From IMG/VR virus record IMGVR_UViG_3300032312_001822, positions 26,596 to 90,595 of that record: DNA of 64,000 bases; one strand, 5' to 3'. Within the stretch, counting starts at the first letter, position 1; each line of letters begins with the position of its first letter. Positions 10,082 through 19,026 of this stretch are shown here, piece after piece. The notes under the pieces are model-generated. The model ran no database searches. It was given only the letters and a program-made list of their open reading frames with translations, and was not told the DNA's origin. Both the position numbers and the translations under genes were made by a program. This DNA comes from a virus (Duplodnaviria; Caudoviricetes).

Positions 10082-10444
10082 ATGACTAAAGCACCAAATA
10101 GAGGAAGACCAACTGAAAATGATACTCCAATACTTCAGTACACTCAGAATTTTAAAGAATATACAGGTGAAACATTTACTTGGAATTGGGACAAAACTCG
10201 ATTCCCAAATGGACCATTAAATGTTGAAATTAAAGATCCACAATGGAGTACTTTTGATAGACTAGAAAATAAATTAGCATCATTGTTATCTCAATATGAA
10301 GTAAAAGGTAATGAACGTAAAAAACGAATTACTAAAACTGATAAATTAGAAATAGAAGCATTAGAAAGTGAAATAAATGAAATATGGTATGGTTTCTATC
10401 CTGAAGACAGGCCTAAAGTAAGAAAAAACGCTAAACTTAAATAG
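10082..10444 (+). CDS. Hypothetical early protein
   Basis: Own early promoter at 10028, GTTATG start. Confidence 0.75.
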   Translation: MTKAPNRGRPTENDTPILQYTQNFKEYTGETFTWNWDKTRFPNGPLNVEIKDPQWSTFDRLENKLASLLSQYEVKGNERKKRITKTDKLEIEALESEINEIWYGFYPEDRPKVRKNAKLK

Positions 10445-10759
10445 ATGAAGGCTAAACAACTTAAATTTAGAGACTTAGATGAACTAATGGAGTTCAATGA
10501 ACAACAAGCTCGTGACATACACCTTCATACTTTTAAATTCTTAAGATATGAATGGAATAAGAATAAAAAGTTTAGTGATATAGATCTTTTCAATATAGAC
10601 TTTGAAGGTGATATAGAATTTGATAATATAGTCTTAACTATTTACTCCACAGAGTGGATTAAGGCTTTAGAATTAGGATTAGAATATTTTGTAGAACAAG
10701 AAGAATACGAGACATGCTCTCAAATTAGAAATTTATTAATTAAAATTAAAAAGAAATGA
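10445..10759 (+). CDS. Hypothetical protein with C-terminal UVR-like motif
   Basis: ALELGLEYFVEQEEYETCSQIRNLL. Confidence 0.6.
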   Translation: MKAKQLKFRDLDELMEFNEQQARDIHLHTFKFLRYEWNKNKKFSDIDLFNIDFEGDIEFDNIVLTIYSTEWIKALELGLEYFVEQEEYETCSQIRNLLIKIKKK

Positions 10760-10962
10760 GTTATTTTCAAGCAACAGTAGAAATCCTTGACATGAGTGAA
10801 AAAGGTAAACAAACAAAAAACAGAGAGTTATATTTAGTAGATGCTGTTTCGGTAACAGATGCAGAAGTTAAAGTAACAAAAATGTTTGAAGATGAAGGTT
10901 CACAAGTAGATTTTCAAGTAAAAAGTGTTAGAGAAACAAAGATTTTACAAGTAATTGAATAA
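10756..10962 (+). CDS. DUF4494-like protein (Bacteroidetes family)
   Basis: G-K-x-x-K...E-x-YLVDAVSVTDAE-x-K pattern matches DUF4494 as recalled. Confidence 0.7.
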   Translation: MSYFQATVEILDMSEKGKQTKNRELYLVDAVSVTDAEVKVTKMFEDEGSQVDFQVKSVRETKILQVIE

Positions 10963-11010
10963 AAGCTTTTTGAAGCACACCCCATCCTTAGATACATATA
11001 TACGCCACAA

Positions 11011-11220
11011 ATGAATTACCTTTATAAACATAATGATAAATTATATTTGGTGCTTAGAAACATGCCCGAACATAATTTTAAAAATAAGGATGGGTCTTTT
11101 AATATGGAGGTTTTAAGGGCATGGCGCGATCATTTAGGTGGCGACCATGTCTTAAAACAACATGACAGATTTTTAATAGTAGAAACAATACAAGAAATAG
11201 AATATGAAACAAGTAATTAG
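11011..11220 (+). CDS. Hypothetical protein
   Basis: 69-aa ORF overlapping the thioredoxin start. Confidence 0.6.
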   Translation: MNYLYKHNDKLYLVLRNMPEHNFKNKDGSFNMEVLRAWRDHLGGDHVLKQHDRFLIVETIQEIEYETSN

Positions 11221-11455
11221 ATTTACAGCCGCTTGGTGCGGCCCATGTAAAGTATATGCCCCAACATTTGAAAGAGTGGCTAATGAGGTATCAGGAGTAC
11301 AATTTGAAACAGTAGATGTTGATTCAACAGATCCAAGAATAACTGAAATGGGTATTAGAGGAGTACCAACAACTGTGGTTTTAGAAAACGGTCAGGTTGT
11401 TAAAAAACAATCTGGGAATATGGGAGCAGAACAGTTGAAACAACTTATTGGATAA
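11204..11455 (+). CDS. Thioredoxin
   Basis: FTAAWCGPCK active site, GIRGVPT. Confidence 0.92.
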   Translation: MKQVIRFTAAWCGPCKVYAPTFERVANEVSGVQFETVDVDSTDPRITEMGIRGVPTTVVLENGQVVKKQSGNMGAEQLKQLIG

Positions 11456-11702
11456 AATTCATATGAATAAGATACAAGAAATTTTTACAGCATGGGCTAT
11501 AGCATTTGACCCAACACAAGAACAATCTGAATTAGCAAGTGAAAGAATTCAAATTTGTAATGAATGTGAATTTAAAAATACCATTCCTATCATACATTGT
11601 GGTGAGTGTGGGTGTGCTTTAAAAGCTAAAATATTTTCACCTGTTAAAGGAGCTTGTCCTAAGAGTAAATGGGATGAAGTTGATAATAAATTCTTACCGT
11701 AG
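11448..11702 (+). CDS. Cys-rich zinc-binding hypothetical protein
   Basis: RIQICNEC...CGECGC..KAK...CPKSKW. Confidence 0.7.
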   Translation: MDKIHMNKIQEIFTAWAIAFDPTQEQSELASERIQICNECEFKNTIPIIHCGECGCALKAKIFSPVKGACPKSKWDEVDNKFLP

Positions 11703-11762
11703 GAAATGTTTGGAAAACTAGAAAACACTTCGTATATTAAGGTATAAATAAAAATAAAAGTT

Positions 11763-12878
11763 ATGATATTACCAATTTTATATAAGCGTTCAAATAGTAA
11801 AGAACATATCAACCAATGGCAAATTGAAGTTGAAGGAAATAAATTTAGAACTACAACTGGGTTTGTAGGTATGAAGATGTTTACAGGTGATTGGACTGAA
11901 TGTACTCCCAAAAATATAGGTAAAAAGAATTCAACAACAGCTGAAGAACAAGCCTTATTTGAAGCTAATGCACTTCATACTAAACGTAAAGATTTAGGTT
12001 ATTGGGAAGATATAAATGACTGTGATAAGAAAGTATTCTTTCAACCTATGTTAGCTCAAGACTATGATAAGAGAAAAGACAAAATTAAATTTCCTATACT
12101 TTCTCAACCTAAATTAGATGGTATCAGATGTATTATTAAATCAGATGGTATGTGGACAAGAAATGGTAAAGAGATTATATCCGCACCTCACATATATGAA
12201 TATTTAAAACATATCTTTGATAATCAACCCGACTTAGTATTAGACGGTGAATTATATACTTCAGATAGAGATGTTGATTTTAATACTATTATTTCATGTG
12301 TTAGAAAAACAAAACCCACACAAGCTGATTTAGAAATGTCAGCTAAATATATTGAGTTTTGGGCTTATGATTTATATGATGGTGAAGATTTAACCTATGA
12401 AGATAGAAGAAATTTATTAAAAGAGTTAGAAAGTAGATATAATGTTTATTATCCTTTATACAGAGTAGTTACAACTTATCAATTGCCTGATGAAAAACAT
12501 GTTATGGAACAACTTCAACATTACATTGAACAAGGTTTTGAAGGCCAAATATTAAGAGATCCAAATACACCTTATGAAAATAAAAGATCAAATGGTTTAT
12601 TAAAACATAAAACATTTTTTGATGAGGAGTTTGATATCATTGGTTACGCTGAGGGTGTAGGTAAATTTTCAGGTAAATTAGCAACTTTAAAAGTAGATGT
12701 TAATGGGATTCAAGTTGATTGTACTATAAATGGTACAATGAGTTATTTAGAAGAATTATTTGAAATTAAAGATAGTTTAATAGGTAAAAAAGCAACTGTA
12801 AAATATTTTGAGAAAACAACTGATAATTCATTACGTTTTCCAAAAGTGATTCAAATTGATAGAAACAGTTATGAATAG
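11763..12878 (+). CDS. ATP-dependent DNA ligase
   Basis: QPMLA, QPKLDGIRC (motif I), LDGELY, FEGQILR, KRSNGLLKHK, LRFP. Confidence 0.95.
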   Translation: MILPILYKRSNSKEHINQWQIEVEGNKFRTTTGFVGMKMFTGDWTECTPKNIGKKNSTTAEEQALFEANALHTKRKDLGYWEDINDCDKKVFFQPMLAQDYDKRKDKIKFPILSQPKLDGIRCIIKSDGMWTRNGKEIISAPHIYEYLKHIFDNQPDLVLDGELYTSDRDVDFNTIISCVRKTKPTQADLEMSAKYIEFWAYDLYDGEDLTYEDRRNLLKELESRYNVYYPLYRVVTTYQLPDEKHVMEQLQHYIEQGFEGQILRDPNTPYENKRSNGLLKHKTFFDEEFDIIGYAEGVGKFSGKLATLKVDVNGIQVDCTINGTMSYLEELFEIKDSLIGKKATVKYFEKTTDNSLRFPKVIQIDRNSYE

Positions 12879-12881
12879 AAG

Positions 12882-13499
12882 ATGAAATTAGCAATAGGAT
12901 TATTTGGAATACATTATATAAATGAATTGAATCATTGGATGGGTTGGAGAAATGGAGTAGATTATAGAAAAACTTACACTAACCAATCTAATTTAATATA
13001 CTCTAAATTCCAAACTAAATATTATTCAGCTACTTATTATTCTGATATTGAAAATGAATTATTATCTAATTATAATTTTTCTAATATCTTATTTAAAGAA
13101 GTAGATAATTCATCTTCAAATCCCTTAATAAAAAGGAATACTATTTTTAAAAACACAGTTAAATTGATATTGGATAATGATAAAGATTCTGATTTAATTC
13201 TTCTAACAAGATATGATTTAGAGTTTAAAGGAGGATTTGATTTATTTAATATTGATTATAATAAAATAAATTTCCTTTGTGGAAATAGAAGTGGTAATGA
13301 TTCTGATTTAGTAGATGATAATTTTTATATAATCCCAAAATCTCTTTTAAAATATTTTTATGAAACCATAAATGAAGCACCTGAAAATGTTTCATCTCAT
13401 TTATATCATAAGTTATTTGAAGATTATAATTTTATGATAAATGAATGGTACTACAGTCATGAAAATCCTTTTTATGAAATAACAAGAATTAAATTATGA
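12882..13499 (+). CDS. Putative glycosyltransferase-like protein, distant paralog of 3503-4216
   Basis: MKLAIGLFG..., LILLTRYDL, DDNFYI. Confidence 0.45.
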   Translation: MKLAIGLFGIHYINELNHWMGWRNGVDYRKTYTNQSNLIYSKFQTKYYSATYYSDIENELLSNYNFSNILFKEVDNSSSNPLIKRNTIFKNTVKLILDNDKDSDLILLTRYDLEFKGGFDLFNIDYNKINFLCGNRSGNDSDLVDDNFYIIPKSLLKYFYETINEAPENVSSHLYHKLFEDYNFMINEWYYSHENPFYEITRIKL

Positions 13500-13702
13500 G
13501 TAGAAAACCTTATAGAAGATTTTATTGTGAAGATACATCTCCTACATTAAAATCAATAAGAACCGTCAAGAATCATGGTAAAATTAGGACAATAAATGAT
13601 TTAACTTACGAGCAAATAGGGGATGATATGCTGTATTGTTTTAAAACCTCTCGCGTTGTTAAACTTGGCTCTCTAGAATTGGATTCGTATATTAAGACAT
13701 AA
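13496..13702 (+). CDS. Hypothetical protein (the C-terminus may only run through the next promoter)
   Basis: ORF track; its last codons overlap the promoter at 13664. Confidence 0.45.
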   Translation: MSRKPYRRFYCEDTSPTLKSIRTVKNHGKIRTINDLTYEQIGDDMLYCFKTSRVVKLGSLELDSYIKT

Positions 13703-13718
13703 TTAAAATATAAAAATT

Positions 13719-13913
13719 ATGAGTAAAGAATTAAGTGAATTAAGTATAGATGAAATTAATAATAAATTAATTGAAAACTATAAAACTCAAGTTGAGATTT
13801 TAAAATCAATGGTGGCTGATAGAGATAAATTAATTTCTATGTATGAAAAACAATTACTAATTCAGGATAAACATATTGATGAAATTAATAAAATTATAAA
13901 ATCAAATTTATAA
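13719..13913 (+). CDS. Coiled-coil hypothetical protein
   Basis: Own early promoter; heptad-like sequence. Confidence 0.65.
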   Translation: MSKELSELSIDEINNKLIENYKTQVEILKSMVADRDKLISMYEKQLLIQDKHIDEINKIIKSNL

Positions 13914-13917
13914 TAAG

Positions 13918-14196
13918 ATGGAGAAAACAGGCAATCTTGAAAAACTAACTTATGACTTTAATACAGCCTCTAATTTAGAAGTTTGGATGCCTAATTTAGA
14001 TGGGTGGTATAGAGTTACAAGTAGAGAATTCAGAAGTTTTAATGGTAAGAGGAGAATTAATGGAGAAGAATATAAAGGAGTTGTATTCCATTATGGAACT
14101 AATAAAAGAGCTAACAAGTCATTAGTAGAAGCTAATAAAATAGCAAGTCATAATTACAAAAGTGTTAGGAGACCCGGAGATCAATTAGTATATTAA
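13918..14196 (+). CDS. Hypothetical protein
   Basis: 92-aa ORF. Confidence 0.65.
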   Translation: MEKTGNLEKLTYDFNTASNLEVWMPNLDGWYRVTSREFRSFNGKRRINGEEYKGVVFHYGTNKRANKSLVEANKIASHNYKSVRRPGDQLVY

Positions 14197-14218
14197 ATTA
14201 AATAAAAAATAAATATAA

Positions 14219-14416
14219 ATGGAGAAATTAGGAGCAATATTAACAGCAGTAGCATTATTAGCATTAGGTGCAATTGTATTAGCATGGCCTGTGCAATTAT
14301 TATGGAACTATTCACTTGTGGGGGCAGTAGATGGAATAAATCCAATTACATTTTGGCAAGCATTAGGAATTAATTTCTTATTCGGAATATTATTTAAAAA
14401 TTCAAGTTCAAAATAA
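14219..14416 (+). CDS. Small membrane protein
   Basis: Two hydrophobic segments; ITFWQALGINFLFGILFK. Confidence 0.7.
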   Translation: MEKLGAILTAVALLALGAIVLAWPVQLLWNYSLVGAVDGINPITFWQALGINFLFGILFKNSSSK

Positions 14417-14592
14417 TGAGTTACTATCAAGTTATATTAAAATCAGGAAAAGCACACCCGTCTCTTTATAAAACTATACCTAATGCCATTAAAAATGTAG
14501 GAGTAGAGAATATAAAGGAGATTAAAGAAATTAGATCGGAGTTAGTAGATGCTAAATACGAAGAACCAACAGGAACATCAAATATAGAATAA
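14416..14592 (+). CDS. Small hypothetical protein (58 aa, not in ORF track)
   Basis: Hand-translated MSYYQVILKSGKAHPSLYKTIPNAIKNVG...; TAATG coupling to the previous gene. Confidence 0.55.
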   Translation: MSYYQVILKSGKAHPSLYKTIPNAIKNVGVENIKEIKEIRSELVDAKYEEPTGTSNIE

Positions 14593-14593
14593 T

Positions 14594-14734
14594 ATGAGCA
14601 AAAACAGCGCCAAAACAAACTACGAACAATTAATTCAGTGGTTACCAACATTAGGACAACCTAAAGTAAAAAAAGAACAACAGTCAACTAAATTTAGTAA
14701 AGCTGATCATTACAAGAGTAAAGGGGTTAAGTAA
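14594..14734 (+). CDS. Small basic hypothetical protein (46 aa, not in ORF track)
   Basis: Hand-translated MSKNSAKTNYEQLIQWLPTLGQPKVKKEQQSTKFSKADHYKSKGVK. Confidence 0.55.
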   Translation: MSKNSAKTNYEQLIQWLPTLGQPKVKKEQQSTKFSKADHYKSKGVK

Positions 14735-14784
14735 GTTTTGCTTTTCAAATATCTTTTCGTATATTTAGGTATAAATGAAATGAA

Positions 14785-14961
14785 ATGAAAACTGTACAAT
14801 TTACCTTACAAGAAAGATGGGCTGCTTCAAAGCATATGGTTCAAAAATCTAAAAAAACTTACACTAGAAAAGATAAACATAAAAACAAGGACCATAAAGG
14901 TCCTTCTTTTATTGTAATGTTTGGCTCTCCGGGGTATGCTTCGTATATTAAATCATATTAA
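14785..14961 (+). CDS. ArfA/BrfA-like alternative ribosome-rescue peptide (58 aa as read to the stop; not in ORF track)
   Basis: MKTVQFTLQERWAASKHMVQKSKKTYTRKDKHKNKDHKGPSF...; KSKKxYxRKxKHK motif; own promoter at 14737; internal terminator. Confidence 0.6.
   Translation: MKTVQFTLQERWAASKHMVQKSKKTYTRKDKHKNKDHKGPSFIVMFGSPGYASYIKSY
14887..14912 (+). terminator. Intrinsic terminator inside the ArfA-like ORF
   Basis: AAGGACC-ataaa-GGTCCTT followed by CTTTTAT. Confidence 0.7.
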
Positions 14962-14980
14962 TAATTAAAAATAAAATGTT

Positions 14981-15718
14981 ATGACAAATCAAGAAACACA
15001 ATTAGAATTAGATTTCGGAATGTTAACAGTTGCTCAACAGGAGCGTGTTGACTCATTTATTCAAAACCAAAAAAATATTATTCAAAATAATATTAAAAAT
15101 AGTAATGCTATTGAAATATTATTAAATGAAGGTGGTTTTATTAAAGGTGTTGATTATGAAAACACTATTAAAACTAAAATTGTAACAGAAGTAAAAGAAT
15201 TTTATTGTGATGGTAATTTTAAAACTGATATTACTTATGAAACAGTAGATGGTAATATTTCAATTTTATATAAAAAATATGATTCTAGAGAAAATAAAAT
15301 TGTAACTCAAAAATCATATGTTGGTAAAGAATTAAATAAACTTCAATGTAGTTCTATCACCCCACAATATAGAGCTTACAAACCGAAATCATTATATGAA
15401 AAACTATTAGAAAATAATAGTAAAGCTCAAAATGAGTATGATAGTGCTAATCGTGAAAAAGCTGTTATTAATTATACTATTGAAAAATACAAAAATTTAT
15501 TTCCAAAAGCTGAAATTACAGTAGGTAAAGATTACTATAAAAATTATAGAAGTAATTATATTGAATTTCCAATTGTAATGGTTAAATTTGAAAGTGGTTC
15601 ATACATTAGCTTCAGAATGGGTTTTAAAATTGATGAAGAAGTTGTTTATAAAAAACATGATGCAGTTGCTTCTCAATTAAGCCCAATTGAAATATTAAAT
15701 ATTTTTAACCAACAATAA
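14981..15718 (+). CDS. Hypothetical early protein
   Basis: 245 aa; promoter at 14920; GTTATG start. Confidence 0.8.
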   Translation: MTNQETQLELDFGMLTVAQQERVDSFIQNQKNIIQNNIKNSNAIEILLNEGGFIKGVDYENTIKTKIVTEVKEFYCDGNFKTDITYETVDGNISILYKKYDSRENKIVTQKSYVGKELNKLQCSSITPQYRAYKPKSLYEKLLENNSKAQNEYDSANREKAVINYTIEKYKNLFPKAEITVGKDYYKNYRSNYIEFPIVMVKFESGSYISFRMGFKIDEEVVYKKHDAVASQLSPIEILNIFNQQ

Positions 15719-15779
15719 AGTTTGGCTCCCCTAAATTAAATTCGTATATTAAAGTATAATAATAAAAAATATAAATGTT

Positions 15780-15935
15780 ATGACACAAGTAGAAGAAGTA
15801 GTTAAAATTATTGAAAAAAATAAAAATTTAAAAACCAATGAACTAATTTGGTTACCAGAAGTAAAAAAATATAATTTACCAACTTCTACCATTTTAGTAT
15901 TAATAGAGGAAGTAAGAAAAAGTGACTTAAAGTAA
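15780..15935 (+). CDS. Small early protein (51 aa, not in track)
   Basis: MTQVEEVVKIIEKNK...; promoter at 15721; GTTATG start. Confidence 0.65.
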   Translation: MTQVEEVVKIIEKNKNLKTNELIWLPEVKKYNLPTSTILVLIEEVRKSDLK

Positions 15936-15996
15936 AGTTTGGCTCCCCTAAATTGATTTCGTATATTAAAGTATAATAATAAAAAATATAAATGTT

Positions 15997-16797
15997 ATGA
16001 CACAGTTAAAAAAATTATCAAGAGAGGAGTTAAAATCATTAGCACCTCAAGTATTCAATCATCAAGTTAGTTCTAAGTTAACTGACAAGTATGTTCACAT
16101 TCCAACTGATACTATAGTTGAAGATATGGAAAAGTTAGGTTGGTTCCCATATCAAGTGAAAACAGTTAAGGCTAGAAAATCATCAGGCGCAATGGGTAAA
16201 CACTTAATTCAGTTTTTTAATCCTGAAATTGTTATTAATAATGAAGCAGGTGAAGCTGATTTATTCCCAAATTTATTATTAATTAATTCACATGACGGTT
16301 CTACTTCAGTAAGATTTGAAATGGGAGTATTCAGATTAGTATGTGAAAATGGTTTAGTAATTAAATCAAAAGATTTTGGAGGTTTCAAAATGAGACATAT
16401 GGGTTATAATTTTGAAGATTTAAGAACCCATATTAGTTCTTTAGTTAAAACATTACCTGATGTAGTTGATAATTTGAATAAATTCTCTCAAGTAATTATG
16501 ACACCTGAGCAACAAAATGAATTTGCAAATAAGGCAATTGAAGCTAGGTTTAATGAAGAAAAAACATTACCTCAAAGTGAAATTGATTATTTATTAACAC
16601 CTGAACGTAAAGAAGATAAAGGTGACAATTTATGGGTTGTACTAAATCGTGTACAAGAAAAATTAACTCAAGGGGGTTTTGGTTATTTAAACGCCAAGGG
16701 TAAATTAAGAAAAACAAGAGCTGTTAAAAACTTTACAATGGATACTGAAATGAATATGAAGTTATGGGAAATTGCTGAAGAGTATTTAGTTAACTAA
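15997..16797 (+). CDS. DUF932/DUF945-family protein
   Basis: APQVF..S.KY.HIPT, LLLINSHDGS, GVFRLVCENGL, LWVVLNRVQE. Confidence 0.85.
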   Translation: MTQLKKLSREELKSLAPQVFNHQVSSKLTDKYVHIPTDTIVEDMEKLGWFPYQVKTVKARKSSGAMGKHLIQFFNPEIVINNEAGEADLFPNLLLINSHDGSTSVRFEMGVFRLVCENGLVIKSKDFGGFKMRHMGYNFEDLRTHISSLVKTLPDVVDNLNKFSQVIMTPEQQNEFANKAIEARFNEEKTLPQSEIDYLLTPERKEDKGDNLWVVLNRVQEKLTQGGFGYLNAKGKLRKTRAVKNFTMDTEMNMKLWEIAEEYLVN

Positions 16798-16858
16798 AAT
16801 TAAGGGGAGCTTGGCTCCCCTAATATAAAATCGTATATTAAGTTAAATAAGATAAAAA

Positions 16859-17017
16859 ATGGAAATAATTGTATTACAATTTTCTTTATGTGGGTTAAAT
16901 TTATTCGCGGCCAAAGCAACAAAAGATAGAGGTAGAAACCCAGCTTTTAGTTACTTTGTAGCAGGAATGACTTTTGGTTTTGGGGTTGCAAGATTAATTG
17001 AATTACTATTAAAATAA
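16859..17017 (+). CDS. Small membrane protein (52 aa, not in track)
   Basis: MEIIVLQFSLCGLNLFAAK...FSYFVAGMTFGFGVARLIELLLK; promoter at 16810. Confidence 0.6.
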   Translation: MEIIVLQFSLCGLNLFAAKATKDRGRNPAFSYFVAGMTFGFGVARLIELLLK

Positions 17018-17022
17018 ATAAG

Positions 17023-17211
17023 ATGACATTAACCCCAATTCAAAAATTAAGAGAAGATATTAGAAGCTTTGATTCAGGTTTGTACTTAGGAGTATTATCT
17101 TTATTAGTTGAAGCAGAAGGTCAAGAGAAAGTATTCTTGGAAAAAGTTTATAACGAACCCAAAACAACTGAGTTTGAAGAATATTATAAACAGTTTGGAA
17201 AACCTAAATAG
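17023..17211 (+). CDS. Hypothetical early protein
   Basis: 62-aa ORF. Confidence 0.55.
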   Translation: MTLTPIQKLREDIRSFDSGLYLGVLSLLVEAEGQEKVFLEKVYNEPKTTEFEEYYKQFGKPK

Positions 17212-17251
17212 GATTCGTATATTAAAGTATAATAATTAAAAATAGAGAGTT

Positions 17252-17440
17252 ATGATATTACAAGTAATTAATACTAAAAAGGAAAAGTTCAATCAAATTA
17301 GAACAACTAAAGAAAATTTATTTGCTGATTTAAAATTTCAAGGTTGGCATGTACAAGATTGCAAAATAAGTGAATTAAAAGAAGAATTAGTTCACACATT
17401 GTACAGAAGTGCAGATGGTAAAAACACTAGTACAAGATAA
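17252..17440 (+). CDS. Hypothetical early protein
   Basis: Promoter at 17194; GTTATG start. Confidence 0.7.
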   Translation: MILQVINTKKEKFNQIRTTKENLFADLKFQGWHVQDCKISELKEELVHTLYRSADGKNTSTR

Positions 17441-17448
17441 AAACAAAG

Positions 17449-17550
17449 AGTCAGGAGTCCATTGGTTGGAAGCACCTCCCCAAGGTTAAGTAACATTAAG
17501 GCTGACTTTTAATGGCAAAGCTGGAGTAGGTTCAAATCCTACCCTGACTT
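17449..17550 (+). ncRNA. tRNA-like RNA (degenerate or atypical tRNA)
   Basis: Perfect 7-bp acceptor stem AGTCAGG/CCTGACT; T-arm GTAGG-TTCAAAT-CCTAC; D-arm TCC-ATTGGTT-GGA; weak anticodon arm; 37-nt extra arm; no encoded CCA. Confidence 0.65.
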
Positions 17551-17551
17551 C

Positions 17552-17589
17552 TAATAAATGCCTCATAACCATTTATTATTTTTAATTAT
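17552..17589 (+). ncRNA. Anti-start-codon hairpin, copy 1
   Basis: TAATAAATG-cctcataac-CATTTATTA followed by TTTTTAATTAT; reverse complement of the early leader. Confidence 0.6.
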
Positions 17590-17597
17590 CGAAAAAG

Positions 17598-17623
17598 AGC
17601 CTAACAGAAATGTTAGGCTTTTT
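17598..17623 (+). terminator. Intrinsic terminator overlapping the next promoter
   Basis: AGCCTAACA-gaaa-TGTTAGGCT followed by TTTT. Confidence 0.8.
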
Positions 17624-17668
17624 GGGTTTAACTTCGTATATTAGGGCATAATTAAAAATTAATATGTT

Positions 17669-17944
17669 ATGAAAAACGAGAAAGTAGGTTACAGTAGAGA
17701 AGCAATGATTAAGTTTCTAAAAATTGAAGGTGTTTATGTTATTGGAACAACTGAAGAATTTTCAGGTCAAGAAGGTGGAATTTGGGTTGGGGGTGAAGAA
17801 ATGGATGATTTATTTGAATATTATAATAATAGTTCTAAATTCACATTTGGAGTAGAGAAAAAATTAAACGAAGCTGTTAATAAAAGAGGGTGGTGGTTTA
17901 GTTGGAATGATCCGGGTACAATGATGGTGTGGCCAATTAATTAA
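17669..17944 (+). CDS. Hypothetical early protein
   Basis: Promoter at 17613; GTTATG start. Confidence 0.75.
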   Translation: MKNEKVGYSREAMIKFLKIEGVYVIGTTEEFSGQEGGIWVGGEEMDDLFEYYNNSSKFTFGVEKKLNEAVNKRGWWFSWNDPGTMMVWPIN

Positions 17945-18001
17945 AATTTGGCCCCCCTAAATTGAATTCGTATATTAAAGTATAATTAAAAATTAAATGT
18001 T

Positions 18002-18214
18002 ATGAAAATTATTAAAGTTACAAGTTTATCTGATAAAAAATCAGTTTATCTAAATGTTGAAGCCATAGGACACTTTTACACAGTGCCTGAAAAAAGAGAT
18101 TATGGTAGAGTTGAAAAAGTAGAACATACTAGAATTGGAGTTACAACCCACAATAATGGAGGGTTTGAAATAACTGAAACCCCTGAAATGTTAATTAAAC
18201 TAATTAATAATTAA
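18002..18214 (+). CDS. Hypothetical early protein
   Basis: Promoter at 17947; GTTATG start. Confidence 0.75.
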   Translation: MKIIKVTSLSDKKSVYLNVEAIGHFYTVPEKRDYGRVEKVEHTRIGVTTHNNGGFEITETPEMLIKLINN

Positions 18215-18270
18215 TTGGCTTCTAAATATTAAATTCGTATATTATAGTATAATTAAAAATATAAAAAGTT

Positions 18271-19026
18271 ATGAAAAACATTGAAACATTAAATCAGGAA
18301 ATTGTAAAGTTAGAAGAACAAAAAACAAATTTCTTAAATTTAGAACAAGATTTAAAAGATGCAAGATCTAATATCTATGTTAGAGAACAACAAGCATTGA
18401 GTGATTCTTTATTACCATTTTTTGAAAATTTTAAATATGGTGTTAATATTGAAGTTAAAAGAGACTCTATTTATTTTAAAACTGATCACCCTGATTACAC
18501 TTATCAAAAAGAATTATTTAGTATTTATTTAAGAGAAAGATACTCAAGTGAGGGTAAAAAATATGATGGGGCTGATTTATCTTATTACACAACTTCTACT
18601 AAAGGAGAAAATACTTGGGAGTTAAAAAGATTACAATTATTAGGAAGAGTAGCTGAAATTTTAGAAGACCAACAAGGACTTATTGTTGATACAGCTAATG
18701 ATGTTTCAAATAAATTCAAAGAAGAATTTAATGAAGTTTATGGTAAAATGGGTGTTGTTGGAAATTCTATTAGAGACTTAAATAACCAAATTAGAGAAAT
18801 CCAAAAACAAGTAAAAAGAATTGAATTATTTGGAGAAGGAATCCAATTTGAAAAATCAAGATGCATTACTTTGAAACATAATTATGAACCAAGAGTTGTA
18901 TCTTTAAAATTAATTGAAGTTTCTAAATCAGGTAAAAAAGCAACTGCTGTATTTGAGTGGGAGAAAGGAAGAGAATCAAGAGAAGAAGGTGTAAATGTTG
19001 AAAAAATCATTTACCAAGTTATATAA
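18271..19026 (+). CDS. Hypothetical early protein with coiled-coil segments
   Basis: 251 aa; promoter at 18214. Confidence 0.8.
   Translation: MKNIETLNQEIVKLEEQKTNFLNLEQDLKDARSNIYVREQQALSDSLLPFFENFKYGVNIEVKRDSIYFKTDHPDYTYQKELFSIYLRERYSSEGKKYDGADLSYYTTSTKGENTWELKRLQLLGRVAEILEDQQGLIVDTANDVSNKFKEEFNEVYGKMGVVGNSIRDLNNQIREIQKQVKRIELFGEGIQFEKSRCITLKHNYEPRVVSLKLIEVSKSGKKATAVFEWEKGRESREEGVNVEKIIYQVI

Noticed and set aside
17449-17550. tmRNA fragment or canonical tRNA-Gly(CCC)
   Set aside because: There is no G3-U70 alanine determinant or tag ORF. The anticodon stem has only 3 bp with C33 and A8, so it is kept only as tRNA-like.
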